Origin: Aequorivita sp.
Lineage (GTDB): Bacteria; Bacteroidota; Bacteroidia; Flavobacteriales; Flavobacteriaceae
DNA length: 64,000 nt
Assembly: GCA_034675805.1 (NCBI GenBank)
Contig: JAUCCX010000001.1
Location: 2,384,741 to 2,448,740, forward strand
Reading direction: 5' to 3'
Below, piece after piece: positions 1 to 10,714 of this stretch (positions within the stretch are counted from its first letter, which is position 1; every line of letters begins with the position of its first letter). Below the pieces are notes generated by a model that worked only from the letters and a program-made list of their open reading frames with translations, searched no databases and had not been told where the DNA came from. The position numbers and the translations under genes were made by a program.

Positions 1-1315
1 CTACTAACCATAGATTTTCATCAAACCCATCTTTTCCATACGCAGAATAACTAAGCATTGCCATAAGACTCCAAACAATAGGGAATTTATATTTCGTAAA
101 AGCCGAAAGTAAAAGAGGAGTTGCAATGTACCAGGGATGAACTGTAGTGGACAAAAGGAAGTAAAAGGATATTGCAAAAAGCATCCCAGTCAGTAATTGT
201 TGAGGTGTGTTGTTTTTTCTAAAAAGAGCGATTCCTAAAACGAAAAGTAATACTAAAATAGGAAGAATTTTTCCAACTGTTTCAATCACATTCCATCCCA
301 CGACCTGAAACCCAAGCCATCGGATTATATAATAAACACTTGCATTAAATTCGAAATCCTGAAACCAAAGCGCAATGGTCGATGAAAAATTCTGAATAAA
401 TTCTGACGAAAGAAATGGCAGAAAAGTGAGGGCTATAGCTGCTCCGGTTATAAAATAGAATCCAAGTAATTTTTTGATAGAGACCTCACAGGTTTTTAAA
501 ACCTGTGAGGTCTTGTTTTTATTTGTGAAGTATTTAAAAAACAAAGGTAAAAACAACAAGGAAAGCAACTTTACCGAAACTGAAGCACCAATTAAAACCG
601 CTGCCCAAATCCATTTTCCTTTAAATAATAGATACAAAGCCCAAATAAAAAAGAAAAGCATTACACCTTCAAAATGTAGATTTCCTGCAAGTTCTATTAT
701 AATGAAAGGATTAAGAAAATACCAAAAGATGTTTTTTATAGGAAGATTTAGTTTTTCTAATAATTTCTTTCCGAAATAGAGAATTCCAATATCTGCCAGA
801 ATAATGAATATGCGAAGTGCTATCACCGAGCCTAGAATGCTTTTCCCGGTGAAAAGAGTCGCAACTGCAAAGAAGAATTGATTAACTGGCGGATAATTAC
901 TAAAATGGCTCGCACTCAGAGCGCCCATACCTTGATAGAGTTCATTTGCTTGGGGAATGATTATTCCCAGTGAAACCGAAACCTCTTTAAAGTACATATC
1001 TGGAGTAAAGAGATACGGACTTATTCCTTGCGACACTAATCTTCCATCCCATAGAAAACGATAGAAATCTTGTGAAAGATTCGGTATTGCAGGAATGAAA
1101 ATCAATCTAAAAACAATTCCTAATCCTGCCAAGATCCAAAAACTTAGTTTGAACTTTTCAATTAAGAGGTAGGCAATAAAGAAAAGTGCAGCGTAAAGCG
1201 AAATGAGTTTTATAAAATCACTTCGCTCTAAATCGTATGCAAAACTTATGTAGAATGCGATAGAAGTTATCGCAAAAAGTAAGGGGATTTTATATAATCT
1301 GAAAAGATTCCACAC
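1..1315 (-). CDS. Polytopic membrane protein, GT-C-like glycosyl/mannosyl-transferase-like; C-terminus runs off the window
   Basis: The minus-strand frame is open from the window edge up to an in-frame stop at 1340-1342. It is absent from the ORF track because it is truncated. The translation is very hydrophobic and has PNLSQDFYRFLWDGRLV near the N-terminus, a motif I associate with Bacteroidota DUF2029/GT87-like membrane glycosyltransferases. The only canonical start candidate is GTG at 1315. Confidence 0.5.
   Translation of the reverse strand, partial: MWNLFRLYKIPLLFAITSIAFYISFAYDLERSDFIKLISLYAALFFIAYLLIEKFKLSFWILAGLGIVFRLIFIPAIPNLSQDFYRFLWDGRLVSQGISPYLFTPDMYFKEVSVSLGIIIPQANELYQGMGALSASHFSNYPPVNQFFFAVATLFTGKSILGSVIALRIFIILADIGILYFGKKLLEKLNLPIKNIFWYFLNPFIIIELAGNLHFEGVMLFFFIWALYLLFKGKWIWAAVLIGASVSVKLLSLLFLPLFFKYFTNKNKTSQVLKTCEVSIKKLLGFYFITGAAIALTFLPFLSSEFIQNFSSTIALWFQDFEFNASVYYIIRWLGFQVVGWNVIETVGKILPILVLLFVLGIALFRKNNTPQQLLTGMLFAISFYFLLSTTVHPWYIATPLLLSAFTKYKFPIVWSLMAMLSYSAYGKDGFDENLWLV
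481..513. repeat. Perfect 33-nt palindrome (16+1+16) inside the CDS above
   Basis: The sequence is AGACCTCACAGGTTTT-T-AAAACCTGTGAGGTCT, followed on the + strand by TGTTTTTATTT. The minus-strand gene frame reads through it. Confidence 0.9.
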
Positions 1316-1383
1316 CTGGTTTAGGTTTACAATAAGATGTTAACCCACAAAGGTTTCAAATACCTATGAGGTTTTTTATCGCT

Positions 1384-2517
1384 TTAATCTTGCCATTCAG
1401 CAATAAATAGATTGGTGTCGTGTCCGCCGCCGTTATTTCTGTTGCTAGAAAATGCTAGGTATTTACCATCATTAGAGAAGACTGGAAAAGCATCAAAGGT
1501 TCGGCCGTGAGTTACTCGTTCTAGGTTTTTTCCATCAAGATCAATTAAATAAAGATTGAATGGAAATCCTCTTTCAGCTTCAAAGTTACTGGAGAACAAA
1601 ATCTTTTTTCCTGAAGGATGGAAGAATGGAGCCCAATTGGCATTGCCCAAGTGAGTAAGTTGTCTTAAGTCACTACCATCAGCATTACAGATGTACAATT
1701 CCATTTCGGTAGGCTGAACCAATCCTTGTGCTAGCAAATCTTTATATTCTTTTATTTCAGAATCACTTTTTGGACGGGAAGATCGAAAAATAAGTTTGCT
1801 TCCATCCGGTGAGAAAAATGCACCGCCGTCATATCCCAATTCATTAGTAATCTGTTTTACATTTTTACCATCAATATCCATAGTGTAGAGTTCCAAATCA
1901 CCACTTCGCATAGATGTGAAAACAATCTTGTCCCCTTTGGGCGAAACGGTGGCTTCGGCGTCATAACCAGGTTCGTTTGTGAGTTGCGCCGTAATGTTTC
2001 CTTCAAGATCTGCGACGAATATGTCGTAGCTGTCATAGATAGGCCATACGTATTTCCCTTCTTTTTTCAAAGGTGTGTCTGGACAGTTTTCGTCTTTAAG
2101 ATGGGTGCTTCCATAAACAATATGCTTTCCATCCGGTAAGAAATAACTACAGGTAGTGCGTCCTTTCCCAGTGCTTATCATTGGTGGTTGACTATCTCTA
2201 AAAGTCTCATTAGCATTCATCAAAAACATTTGATCGCAGTTTACACCCCAGTTTTTGTTATTGCTTTGGAAAATAAGTTTGCTGTCGTCAAAACTCCAAT
2301 ATGCTTCAGCATTATCCCCTCCAAAAGTAACTTGCCGAATATTTTTAAAGTGTTTTTCTTCTGGGTAAATCAAGGTATCATTAGTTTGTGGATCTAGTAC
2401 AGCAGAAGCAGTTTTTTCAATTTTATCTCCCATCTGATCTGAGGAATTCTCTTTTTTCACTTCATTTTTACAACTTGCTAAAAAGAAAACAATGATAATC
2501 GCGTATAAGAATTTCAT
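1384..2517 (-). CDS. TolB-like WD40/PD40 beta-propeller lipoprotein
   Basis: PD40-type repeats recur (..SPDGSKLIFRS.., ..SPKGDKIVFTS.., ..SNDGKYLAFSSNR..). I chose the start at MKFLYAIIIVFFLASC (lipobox) rather than the longer track ORF ending at 2580. Confidence 0.8.
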   Translation of the reverse strand: MKFLYAIIIVFFLASCKNEVKKENSSDQMGDKIEKTASAVLDPQTNDTLIYPEEKHFKNIRQVTFGGDNAEAYWSFDDSKLIFQSNNKNWGVNCDQMFLMNANETFRDSQPPMISTGKGRTTCSYFLPDGKHIVYGSTHLKDENCPDTPLKKEGKYVWPIYDSYDIFVADLEGNITAQLTNEPGYDAEATVSPKGDKIVFTSMRSGDLELYTMDIDGKNVKQITNELGYDGGAFFSPDGSKLIFRSSRPKSDSEIKEYKDLLAQGLVQPTEMELYICNADGSDLRQLTHLGNANWAPFFHPSGKKILFSSNFEAERGFPFNLYLIDLDGKNLERVTHGRTFDAFPVFSNDGKYLAFSSNRNNGGGHDTNLFIAEWQD

Positions 2518-2549
2518 TTTATGATGTATTTTTACGTAAAAGTAGTGAT

Positions 2550-3785
2550 ATGCGTCCAATTTTAATAATGTTTCTAGCAATGCTTATTTTATCGTGTAAG
2601 CAAACAAAGGTGCAATCTGTAAGTATAAGTATGAAAGACGACGTGTCTGTTTTGGCAAATGACAGTCTGAATGGAAGAAAGACAGGTTCAGATGATGAAA
2701 AGAAAGCAGCTTCCTATATTTCCAGAAGATTTAAAACTATTGGACTTCAGCCGAAAGGAACGGATGGTTTTTTTCAGAAGTTTACGTTTAAAGCTAGTAA
2801 GAATCCACATCAAGAAGCTGAATTTACTTTAGAACAAAATGACAGTACTGAAACTGCTGAAAACGTAATTGCCTATTTGGATAATAAGGCAGAGAATACT
2901 GTTGTCATTGGAGCACATTACGACCATTTAGGAATGGGTGGTGAAGGTTCGCTGTACCGTGAAGGACCAGCAATTCACAATGGAGCCGATGATAATGCGA
3001 GTGGAGTTGCAATGATGCTTCACTTGTCTGAGGCATTGCGGAAAGATGGATCGCCAAAGAACAACAATTATCTTTTTATTGCATTTTCTGGAGAAGAGGA
3101 AGGGCTTTTAGGTTCCAATTATTTTGTGAAAAACCCGACTATCGATACCAAAAAGATAACTTATATGATAAATATGGATATGGTTGGAAGACTTAATACT
3201 GAAAATACTTTGGCGGTATACGGGGTGGGAACTTCGCCTATTCTTAAACAAACAGTTAATGCTAACGCTGGCGATTTAAACATTGTCGAAAACGAAAGTG
3301 GGGTGGGGCCGAGCGACCATACTTCATTTTATCTTGCAGACATTCCTGTGTTGCATTTCTTTACAGGGCAGCATGAAGATTACCACAAACCTAGTGACGA
3401 TACCGAAAAGGTGAATTTTGCAGGAATGGAGGTTGTCTCAAATTATATTTTCAGTATTATCAAGGATTTGGATAGTCAGAAAAAACTTCCCTTTAGAAAA
3501 ACGAAAAACGAAAGCGAGGTTGTGCCTGATTTTAAAGTTACGTTGGGCGTTGTTCCAGATTATCTTTTTAATGGAAAAGGAATGCGTATCGATGGAGTAA
3601 GTGAAGATAAACCTGCCCAGAGAGCAGGGCTTCAAAAAGGTGATGTGGTTGTGAAAATGGGAGACCATGAAGTCACTGATATGATGAGCTATATGAATAG
3701 CCTTTCCAAGTTTGATAAAGGACAAACCACAGTGGTTACAATCGAACGGAATGGGGAGCCATTGAAGGTGGACGTCACCTTTTAA
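2550..3785 (+). CDS. M28 family metallopeptidase with C-terminal PDZ domain (lipoprotein)
   Basis: M28 motifs are present: GAHYDHLG, GADDNASG, FSGEEEGLLGS, NMDMVG, GPSDH. The C-terminus is PDZ-like (GLQKGDVVVKMGDHEV). The N-terminus has the lipobox LILSCK. Confidence 0.85.
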   Translation: MRPILIMFLAMLILSCKQTKVQSVSISMKDDVSVLANDSLNGRKTGSDDEKKAASYISRRFKTIGLQPKGTDGFFQKFTFKASKNPHQEAEFTLEQNDSTETAENVIAYLDNKAENTVVIGAHYDHLGMGGEGSLYREGPAIHNGADDNASGVAMMLHLSEALRKDGSPKNNNYLFIAFSGEEEGLLGSNYFVKNPTIDTKKITYMINMDMVGRLNTENTLAVYGVGTSPILKQTVNANAGDLNIVENESGVGPSDHTSFYLADIPVLHFFTGQHEDYHKPSDDTEKVNFAGMEVVSNYIFSIIKDLDSQKKLPFRKTKNESEVVPDFKVTLGVVPDYLFNGKGMRIDGVSEDKPAQRAGLQKGDVVVKMGDHEVTDMMSYMNSLSKFDKGQTTVVTIERNGEPLKVDVTF

Positions 3786-3855
3786 GGAAAATGAGAAAAC
3801 TCAATTCAATAGTGGAACAAACCCAAGCTTTTATTTAGTTTTAATCGATAGAATT

Positions 3856-4461
3856 ATGGAATTACAGATTGTATCCGAACAAGTGGAGGATTATATAAAG
3901 GAACTACCTCCTGTTATTGAATTTCATACACCCTTGATTCAGGATAAAATCCGTTTTATTAAATCTCAAGCCTCGAGTGATCTTGATCGCGCTAAAATGG
4001 CATTTGAAGTGGCACGAGATGAAGTGGCACATTCTTTTGACACCCAAAGCGACGACATCACTATTAATGCTGAAGATGTTTTGCGAAGCAAAGAGGGAAT
4101 TTGTTTTGCCAAGTCCCATTTGTTGGCGAGTTTATTGCGTGGGATGGGTATTCCCGCGGGTTTCTGCTATCAAAAGGTTTTGCGAAAAGGAACTGTGGAA
4201 TCGGGTTATGCGCTTCATGGATTGAATGCAGTTTATTTGCCTGAGACAGGCTGGTTCCGTTTGGATCCACGTGGTAACAAGCCTGGAATTGATTCGCAAT
4301 TTAATACTAAGGAGGAGCAGTTAGCCTATCCCATCAGGCCAGAAATGGGTGAAATAGATTATCCTGTGGTGCTCTCAGAACCTTTGCAGTCTGTTATCCA
4401 TGCTATGCAGGAATCCAGAGATTGCAAACAGCTTTTTTATGCACGCCCCACAGACTTGTAG
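3856..4461 (+). CDS. Transglutaminase-like cysteine peptidase family protein
   Basis: EGICFAKSHLLASLLRGMGIPAG ... HGLNAVYL ... WFRLDPRG fits the Cys/His/Asp transglutaminase-core pattern. Confidence 0.7.
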   Translation: MELQIVSEQVEDYIKELPPVIEFHTPLIQDKIRFIKSQASSDLDRAKMAFEVARDEVAHSFDTQSDDITINAEDVLRSKEGICFAKSHLLASLLRGMGIPAGFCYQKVLRKGTVESGYALHGLNAVYLPETGWFRLDPRGNKPGIDSQFNTKEEQLAYPIRPEMGEIDYPVVLSEPLQSVIHAMQESRDCKQLFYARPTDL

Positions 4462-4492
4462 TTCTGTAAATATTGAAATATGTGGTATCAAA

Positions 4493-4525
4493 AAACCCCA
4501 AAGGTCTAGAAGACGTTTGGGGTTT
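4493..4525. terminator. Bidirectional intrinsic terminator between convergent genes
   Basis: AAACCCCAAA / TTTGGGGTTT forms a 10-bp stem with an inner GTCT/AGAC extension. It is flanked by A-runs and T-runs and lies between the stop at 4461 (+) and the groEL stop at 4560 (-). Confidence 0.7.
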
Positions 4526-4559
4526 AAATATTTAATGTTTCTTAAGGAAACAGGGAATT

Positions 4560-6245
<1,686 letters not shown>

Positions 6246-6335
6246 TTATAAATTTTAAACTTATTGTTTTGGAAGGAATTCCAAAAAAGAAATTCCAAAA
6301 TCCAAAGCTTGAATTTTTTGCTTCGTAATTGGAAT

Positions 6336-6611
6336 TTAGATTATTGCAAGGATGTCATCCTCACGCATAATGAGGTAGTCTTTTCCGTCCAATTTTAATT
6401 CACTACCGGAATACTTTCCGTAAAGAACGGTATCACCGACTTTCACTGTCATTTTGTGATCTTCTTTTCCTTTTCCAACAGCTACTACTTTACCTTGTTG
6501 AGGTTTTTCTTTTGCAGAATCTGGGATGTAAAGACCAGATGCGGTTTTAGTTTCTGCTTCTTCAGGCTGAACCAATACACGGTCTGCAAGTGGTTGAATT
6601 TTTAATGCCAT
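6336..6611 (-). CDS. groES: Co-chaperonin GroES (Hsp10)
   Basis: The 91-aa product starts [12 protein letters not shown] and ends [13 protein letters not shown]. It lies immediately upstream of groEL. Confidence 0.98.
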   Translation of the reverse strand: MALKIQPLADRVLVQPEEAETKTASGLYIPDSAKEKPQQGKVVAVGKGKEDHKMTVKVGDTVLYGKYSGSELKLDGKDYLIMREDDILAII

Positions 6612-6684
6612 TTCAATTTTATTTTTTAGTTGTCTACCTATCGGTAGGCTGATTAAACTTAGGTCTAAATGTATTGATTGCTAA

Positions 6685-6703
6685 TTGGCAGAAATTGTGC
6701 CAT
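6685..6703. promoter_or_regulatory. Candidate sigma-54 (-24/-12) promoter element, palindromic
   Basis: The minus strand reads aTGGCACaatttCTGCc, with the canonical 12-nt GG-to-GC spacing, about 75 nt upstream of the groES ATG. Because the site is TTGGCA-N7-TGCCAt, the + strand also reads TGGCAG-N5-gTGC, facing the 6918 gene. Confidence 0.25.
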
Positions 6704-6917
6704 TGCCTATAAACTGACACTTTAAAGAATAAAAATGTCAGCTTGTCAGATATTGGGGTAACTTCTTTTGAATGCGCTTTTGACTCTGGAGAATTAATCG
6801 CCAGATATCTAAATGAGGTAGGGTTAGAATGATATAAATTATGCTTTACACGGATTATTATTTATATTCCCATAATAGAAAGATTTTTATTGACACGTAC
6901 CAGTAACAATTAAGAAT

Positions 6918-7460
6918 ATGAAAAGATATATTGTATTGCTATTTGCATTGCTGCCAGTGCTAAGTTTTGGACAGGAGGATCAGGACCAATTAACGTTTCA
7001 CAGTATTTCTCTATCGTCCAATTTTTATGCTGGAAATAGTACTACAGGATTTATGGGCAATATAGATCTGGCTTTTCGCAAAAAGGAACATATTTTTAAG
7101 ATTAATGCAATGTCTGCCGCAGAAATTGATATTTGTGTTTGGGGTCCTTGCTATACTGATAGCTATTATAGTTTCGACTTGATGTACGGAAGAGAATTTT
7201 TTAAGAAGCAGTTGTTAGCTGTAGATCTTTTTGCAGGGGTTGGTTACCTTAACTTTCAGACTTCGAATCCCGATCCAAATAATAGAGGCTATTTGACCAA
7301 AAGTACAATTGGGTTTCCATTACAGGCAAGGTTTCGGTTTCGGGATGGCAAAGTGTTCAATCTTGGCTTGCAAATTCACGGAAATATAAACAGTGCGAAG
7401 AGTATCATAGCTTTCGGACCATTTTTTCAGTGGAATTTTCACATTAGCAAATCTCAGTGA
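6918..7460 (+). CDS. Hypothetical exported protein, possible small outer-membrane beta-barrel
   Basis: It has a signal peptide (MKRYIVLLFALLPVLSFGQ), alternating aromatic/Gly-rich strands and an aromatic-rich C-terminus. Confidence 0.5.
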   Translation: MKRYIVLLFALLPVLSFGQEDQDQLTFHSISLSSNFYAGNSTTGFMGNIDLAFRKKEHIFKINAMSAAEIDICVWGPCYTDSYYSFDLMYGREFFKKQLLAVDLFAGVGYLNFQTSNPDPNNRGYLTKSTIGFPLQARFRFRDGKVFNLGLQIHGNINSAKSIIAFGPFFQWNFHISKSQ

Positions 7461-7511
7461 TAATTAACTTTCAAGGAGGCTAAAGTTTGTCTTTAAGTAG
7501 TATTAAACAAA

Positions 7512-7541
7512 AAAATGCCAACTCTTTGGAGTTGGCATTTT
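7512..7541. terminator. Bidirectional intrinsic terminator (secG / 6918 gene)
   Basis: AAAATGCCAACTC-TTTG-GAGTTGGCATTTT forms a 13-bp perfect stem. T-runs follow it on both strands. Confidence 0.75.
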
Positions 7542-7562
7542 ATAATATTGTCTTGAAATGAT

Positions 7563-7907
7563 TTAGTTGGCTCCTTCAGGATTGTCTGCTGGAGTGTCTG
7601 TAGTTGTTGGCACTGCTGGAATGGTAGTCTGAATTGCGTTTTCATCTGATACTTTAGATCGCAAGGTATTGCCTCCCATAATAAATACGTTAGAAAACAT
7701 AATAAGCACAAGCATTATGGTTGCCAAAGTCCAAGTACTTTTATCTAAAAAGTCACTTGTTTTTTGTACACCACCAATCTGTGCACCCCCTCCACCGCCA
7801 AACGATGAAGAAAGTCCACCACCTTTTGGGTTTTGAACCATTATTACTATGACCAACAAAAAGGCCACTATCATTATTAAAACTAAGAATATTGTAAACG
7901 TACTCAT
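7563..7907 (-). CDS. secG: Preprotein translocase subunit SecG
   Basis: The 114-aa product has two TM segments and the motif VQNPKGGGLSSSFGGGGGAQ. Its start overlaps the upstream stop (ATGA). Confidence 0.85.
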   Translation of the reverse strand: MSTFTIFLVLIMIVAFLLVIVIMVQNPKGGGLSSSFGGGGGAQIGGVQKTSDFLDKSTWTLATIMLVLIMFSNVFIMGGNTLRSKVSDENAIQTTIPAVPTTTDTPADNPEGAN

Positions 7908-8932
7908 GATTTTTCTGAATTAATCAATTTTTCTATTGCCCGAATTTGGTCTGCAAAGAAACCACTTTTTTCGGGATTTTTCAAAATTAATATTTTATAT
8001 GCTTGAATTGCTTTTTTATAGTTCTTTTGTTGTAAATAAACTTTAGCCAAAGTCTCCGTCATAAGTGACTCAGAGCTTTGTGAGAAAGTCGTGCCTAGGT
8101 TTTGGTCCTGATGGCTATTGGAATCTTTTTTGGTAGTATTGGATGTAGGTTCTGGGGGAGTTATTTTTGGTCGCTCCTGAATAAACCTGTCAATAAGCTG
8201 AAATTTACGTTCTTTTTCCTCCTGTATGGCAGCTTCCTCTTTCGCTAAGGCTTCGAAGGATTTGTCTTCTATCTTTGAGGTTTCTTTCGAACGCTCGATG
8301 GGTTGGGCTTTTGTCAATTTTAACCATTCGGAAAATGAATGGGTATCGTTTTTTGTGAATTCCAAAGGTTTGTCAGGTTGTAAAACTTTTTCTGATTCTT
8401 CTTCTTCTTCTTCTTCTTCTTTCTTTTCAACCAAATTAGTGATGGATTGAACTTTTCTTTGAAAGAGCTCAGGGTTGAGGATGTCCTCTGCCTTTTGTAG
8501 TTCAGTCTTCAATTGCTGTTGGTATTCATCATTTACCTGTTCGGAAACATCTTCAGAAATCACTTTTATTTCATTCACTAAAGCATCATGCTGGAGTATA
8601 GTTTGTGAGATTTCATTCTGAATAAATCTTTCTGAAGTGATATACTCAAATAGAATATCACGGTCTGTAGTATGAGCTGCCGCTAGCTTTAATGCGTCAT
8701 TATATAGAAAACTATCTTGGTTTTTCAAGCCTTTTAATTGCAATGCCCTAGCACTTTGGAAATAGGGATATTTTTTTATGATAGTATCTAATATATCCAA
8801 GTCTCCAGAAGTTATTTTCTGTGGATTGGCGAGTAGATATGTGAAGTTTGAAGTGTTCAAAATATTACCAGTTTGCAAGGGATTTGTTGAAAATATCTTG
8901 CGTGATCCGTTCAAAAATAATGTCAACTGCAA
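7904..8932 (-). CDS. TPR-containing protein with poly-Glu tract; start uncertain
   Basis: The C-terminus is TPR-like (AKVYLQQKNYKKAIQAYKILILKNPEKS). The track start is a TTG that overlaps the lptE-like gene by 68 nt, so the real start may be internal. Confidence 0.55.
   Translation of the reverse strand: MQLTLFLNGSRKIFSTNPLQTGNILNTSNFTYLLANPQKITSGDLDILDTIIKKYPYFQSARALQLKGLKNQDSFLYNDALKLAAAHTTDRDILFEYITSERFIQNEISQTILQHDALVNEIKVISEDVSEQVNDEYQQQLKTELQKAEDILNPELFQRKVQSITNLVEKKEEEEEEEESEKVLQPDKPLEFTKNDTHSFSEWLKLTKAQPIERSKETSKIEDKSFEALAKEEAAIQEEKERKFQLIDRFIQERPKITPPEPTSNTTKKDSNSHQDQNLGTTFSQSSESLMTETLAKVYLQQKNYKKAIQAYKILILKNPEKSGFFADQIRAIEKLINSEKS
8396..8419. repeat. (TTC)8 / (GAA)8 trinucleotide repeat encoding Glu8
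   Basis: Eight uninterrupted TTC units lie on the + strand and correspond to EEEEEEEE in the minus-strand CDS. Confidence 0.95.
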
Positions 8933-9377
8933 CGTCCAGTTTTGACCCCGTTAGCTGAGTTTGGCCACTGTAGTCATAATAAAAGGAGAACGGTTGCTCA
9001 AAATCTTTGAGTGGATCTTTGGTATTATAGAATCTGACTGCCACTGATATTGTAAGACGGTTTTGTGCTGCAGTACTGTTTGCTGTTGCTGTGATGGGTG
9101 CGATATAAAATTGGGTTATTTCACCTTCATATACCAAATCACCACCGCTATTTACAAGATCTAAACTGGTTTGGTTTAGCAATAAATCTTGTAGTTTTTG
9201 AGTGAAATCCCTAGCAATTCCTGGTTCTACAATTGGAGCGTTATTCTGAAAATAGTTAACCTGTACTGTTTTGGTAGTGCTGTAATTGATATCAGCTCCG
9301 GTAAATGAGTATGGGCCGCAACCCTGCAAAGAAAATGCTATGGTTAGAAAAAATAAAACTGAAAATATTTTAGACAT
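8865..9377 (-). CDS. lptE: LptE-like lipoprotein
   Basis: It has the lipobox FSLQGCGPYSFTG, the right size (170 aa), and the pattern ..NRLTISVAVRFYN.. typical of Bacteroidota LptE-family proteins. The synteny (sigma-54 regulator upstream, secG downstream) is recalled from Flavobacterium genomes. Confidence 0.6.
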   Translation of the reverse strand: MSKIFSVLFFLTIAFSLQGCGPYSFTGADINYSTTKTVQVNYFQNNAPIVEPGIARDFTQKLQDLLLNQTSLDLVNSGGDLVYEGEITQFYIAPITATANSTAAQNRLTISVAVRFYNTKDPLKDFEQPFSFYYDYSGQTQLTGSKLDVAVDIIFERITQDIFNKSLANW

Positions 9378-9406
9378 CGGCGTTAATATGACTTTTTTAA
9401 TGACCC

Positions 9407-10684
9407 TTAAAGATCGTATTGTTTAATCTTTCTATATAGTGTTCTTTCTGAAATCCCTAATTCGTCAGCAGCGTCCTTGCGTTTTCCGTGGTATTTTTCT
9501 AGGGATTTCTTGATGAGCTCTAATTCTTTTTGTTGAAGTGAAAGGTTTTCCTCTTCCTCTATATCTTCTGCGTATTCGTATTTGTCTTTTCGTTGTTCCG
9601 AAGCGTGTTCTGGAATACTGAAAACTTCTATACCGGTTTCGTTCCCGTTGTTCTCATCTTCAATTATTGACGCGAGTTCATTCTCTGTCTCATTCTCTTC
9701 AGAATAGATTTTATTGATTAGTGAAGACTGTTCCTCCTTTACTTTGGCAGGATTGCCCGTTTTCATCAACTCCAAAGTTAGTTTTTTAAGATCGTTTACG
9801 TCGCGTTTCATATCGAAAAGCACTTTGTAAAGAATTTCGCGTTCACTGCTGAAATCACTTTCAGCTTTTTTGTTATTTACAATTGCGGGAAGGTTACTTC
9901 CCATATCTGGTAGATAATGTTTTAAGGTTTCATTTGTAATTTCACGATTCTGTTCTAAGACTGAAATCTGTTCTGCCACATTTCGCAATTGACGAATATT
10001 TCCACTCCAGCGATATTTTAGAAGAAGATCTGTGGCTTGGTCATTTAGTCGAATAGTTGGCATTTTGTATTTCTGTGCAAAGTCTGCCGCAAATTTTCTG
10101 AATAGTAAATGAATGTCTTCCTTCCTTTCACGCAGGGGAGGTAAGTTTATTTCTACCGTACTTAGTCTGTAATATAGGTCTTCGCGGAATTTTCCTTTTT
10201 CAATGGCCTCCACCATTTTTACGTTGGTTGCTGCCACGATGCGCACATCTGTTTTTTGCGCTGCTGAAGAACCTACTTTTAAGAATTCGCCATTCTCTAA
10301 AACACGAAGTAAACGCACTTGGGTTGGCAGTGGAAGTTCGCCAACTTCATCAAGGAAGATTGTTCCGCCATCGGCTACTTCAAAATAACCGCTTCTTGTT
10401 GCTGTGGCACCAGTAAATGATCCTTTTTCGTGACCGAAAAGTTCGCTGTCAATGGTACCCTCAGGAATTGCACCACAGTTAACAGCAATGTATTTCCCGT
10501 GTTTTCTATGTGAAAGAGAGTGGATTATTTTTGGAATACTTTCTTTTCCTACTCCACTTTCACCAGTAACCAACACCGAAATATCTGTTGGGGCTACCTG
10601 TATTGCTTTTTCTACAGCCCTGTTTAGCTTTGGGTCGTTACCTATAATTCCGAAACGTTGTTTTGTTGCTTGTATGCTTTCCAT
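9407..10684 (-). CDS. Sigma-54-dependent transcriptional activator (AAA+ EBP with C-terminal Fis-type HTH, no receiver domain)
   Basis: It carries Walker A GESGVGKE, ELFGHEKGSFTGA (GAFTGA-like), Walker B FLDEVGEL, and the C-terminal HTH ELGISERTLYRKIKQY. The AAA+ core begins about 10 residues from the N-terminus. Confidence 0.9.
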   Translation of the reverse strand: MESIQATKQRFGIIGNDPKLNRAVEKAIQVAPTDISVLVTGESGVGKESIPKIIHSLSHRKHGKYIAVNCGAIPEGTIDSELFGHEKGSFTGATATRSGYFEVADGGTIFLDEVGELPLPTQVRLLRVLENGEFLKVGSSAAQKTDVRIVAATNVKMVEAIEKGKFREDLYYRLSTVEINLPPLRERKEDIHLLFRKFAADFAQKYKMPTIRLNDQATDLLLKYRWSGNIRQLRNVAEQISVLEQNREITNETLKHYLPDMGSNLPAIVNNKKAESDFSSEREILYKVLFDMKRDVNDLKKLTLELMKTGNPAKVKEEQSSLINKIYSEENETENELASIIEDENNGNETGIEVFSIPEHASEQRKDKYEYAEDIEEEENLSLQQKELELIKKSLEKYHGKRKDAADELGISERTLYRKIKQYDL

Positions 10685-10714
10685 ATTCTAAGCCCGCCAA
10701 GGCAGGTTTAAAGG

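Noticed and set aside
474-779. 101-aa + strand ORF from the track
   Set aside because: It lies antisense to a long hydrophobic minus-strand reading frame with a recognisable membrane-glycosyltransferase motif. It starts at a TTG next to the palindrome and its composition is low-complexity Lys/Phe/Ile.
6612-6917. Looked for a CIRCE (TTAGCACTC-N9-GAGTGCTAA) heat-shock operator upstream of groES
   Set aside because: No match or near-match is present. Only the TTGGCA-N7-TGCCA palindrome, reported separately, was found.
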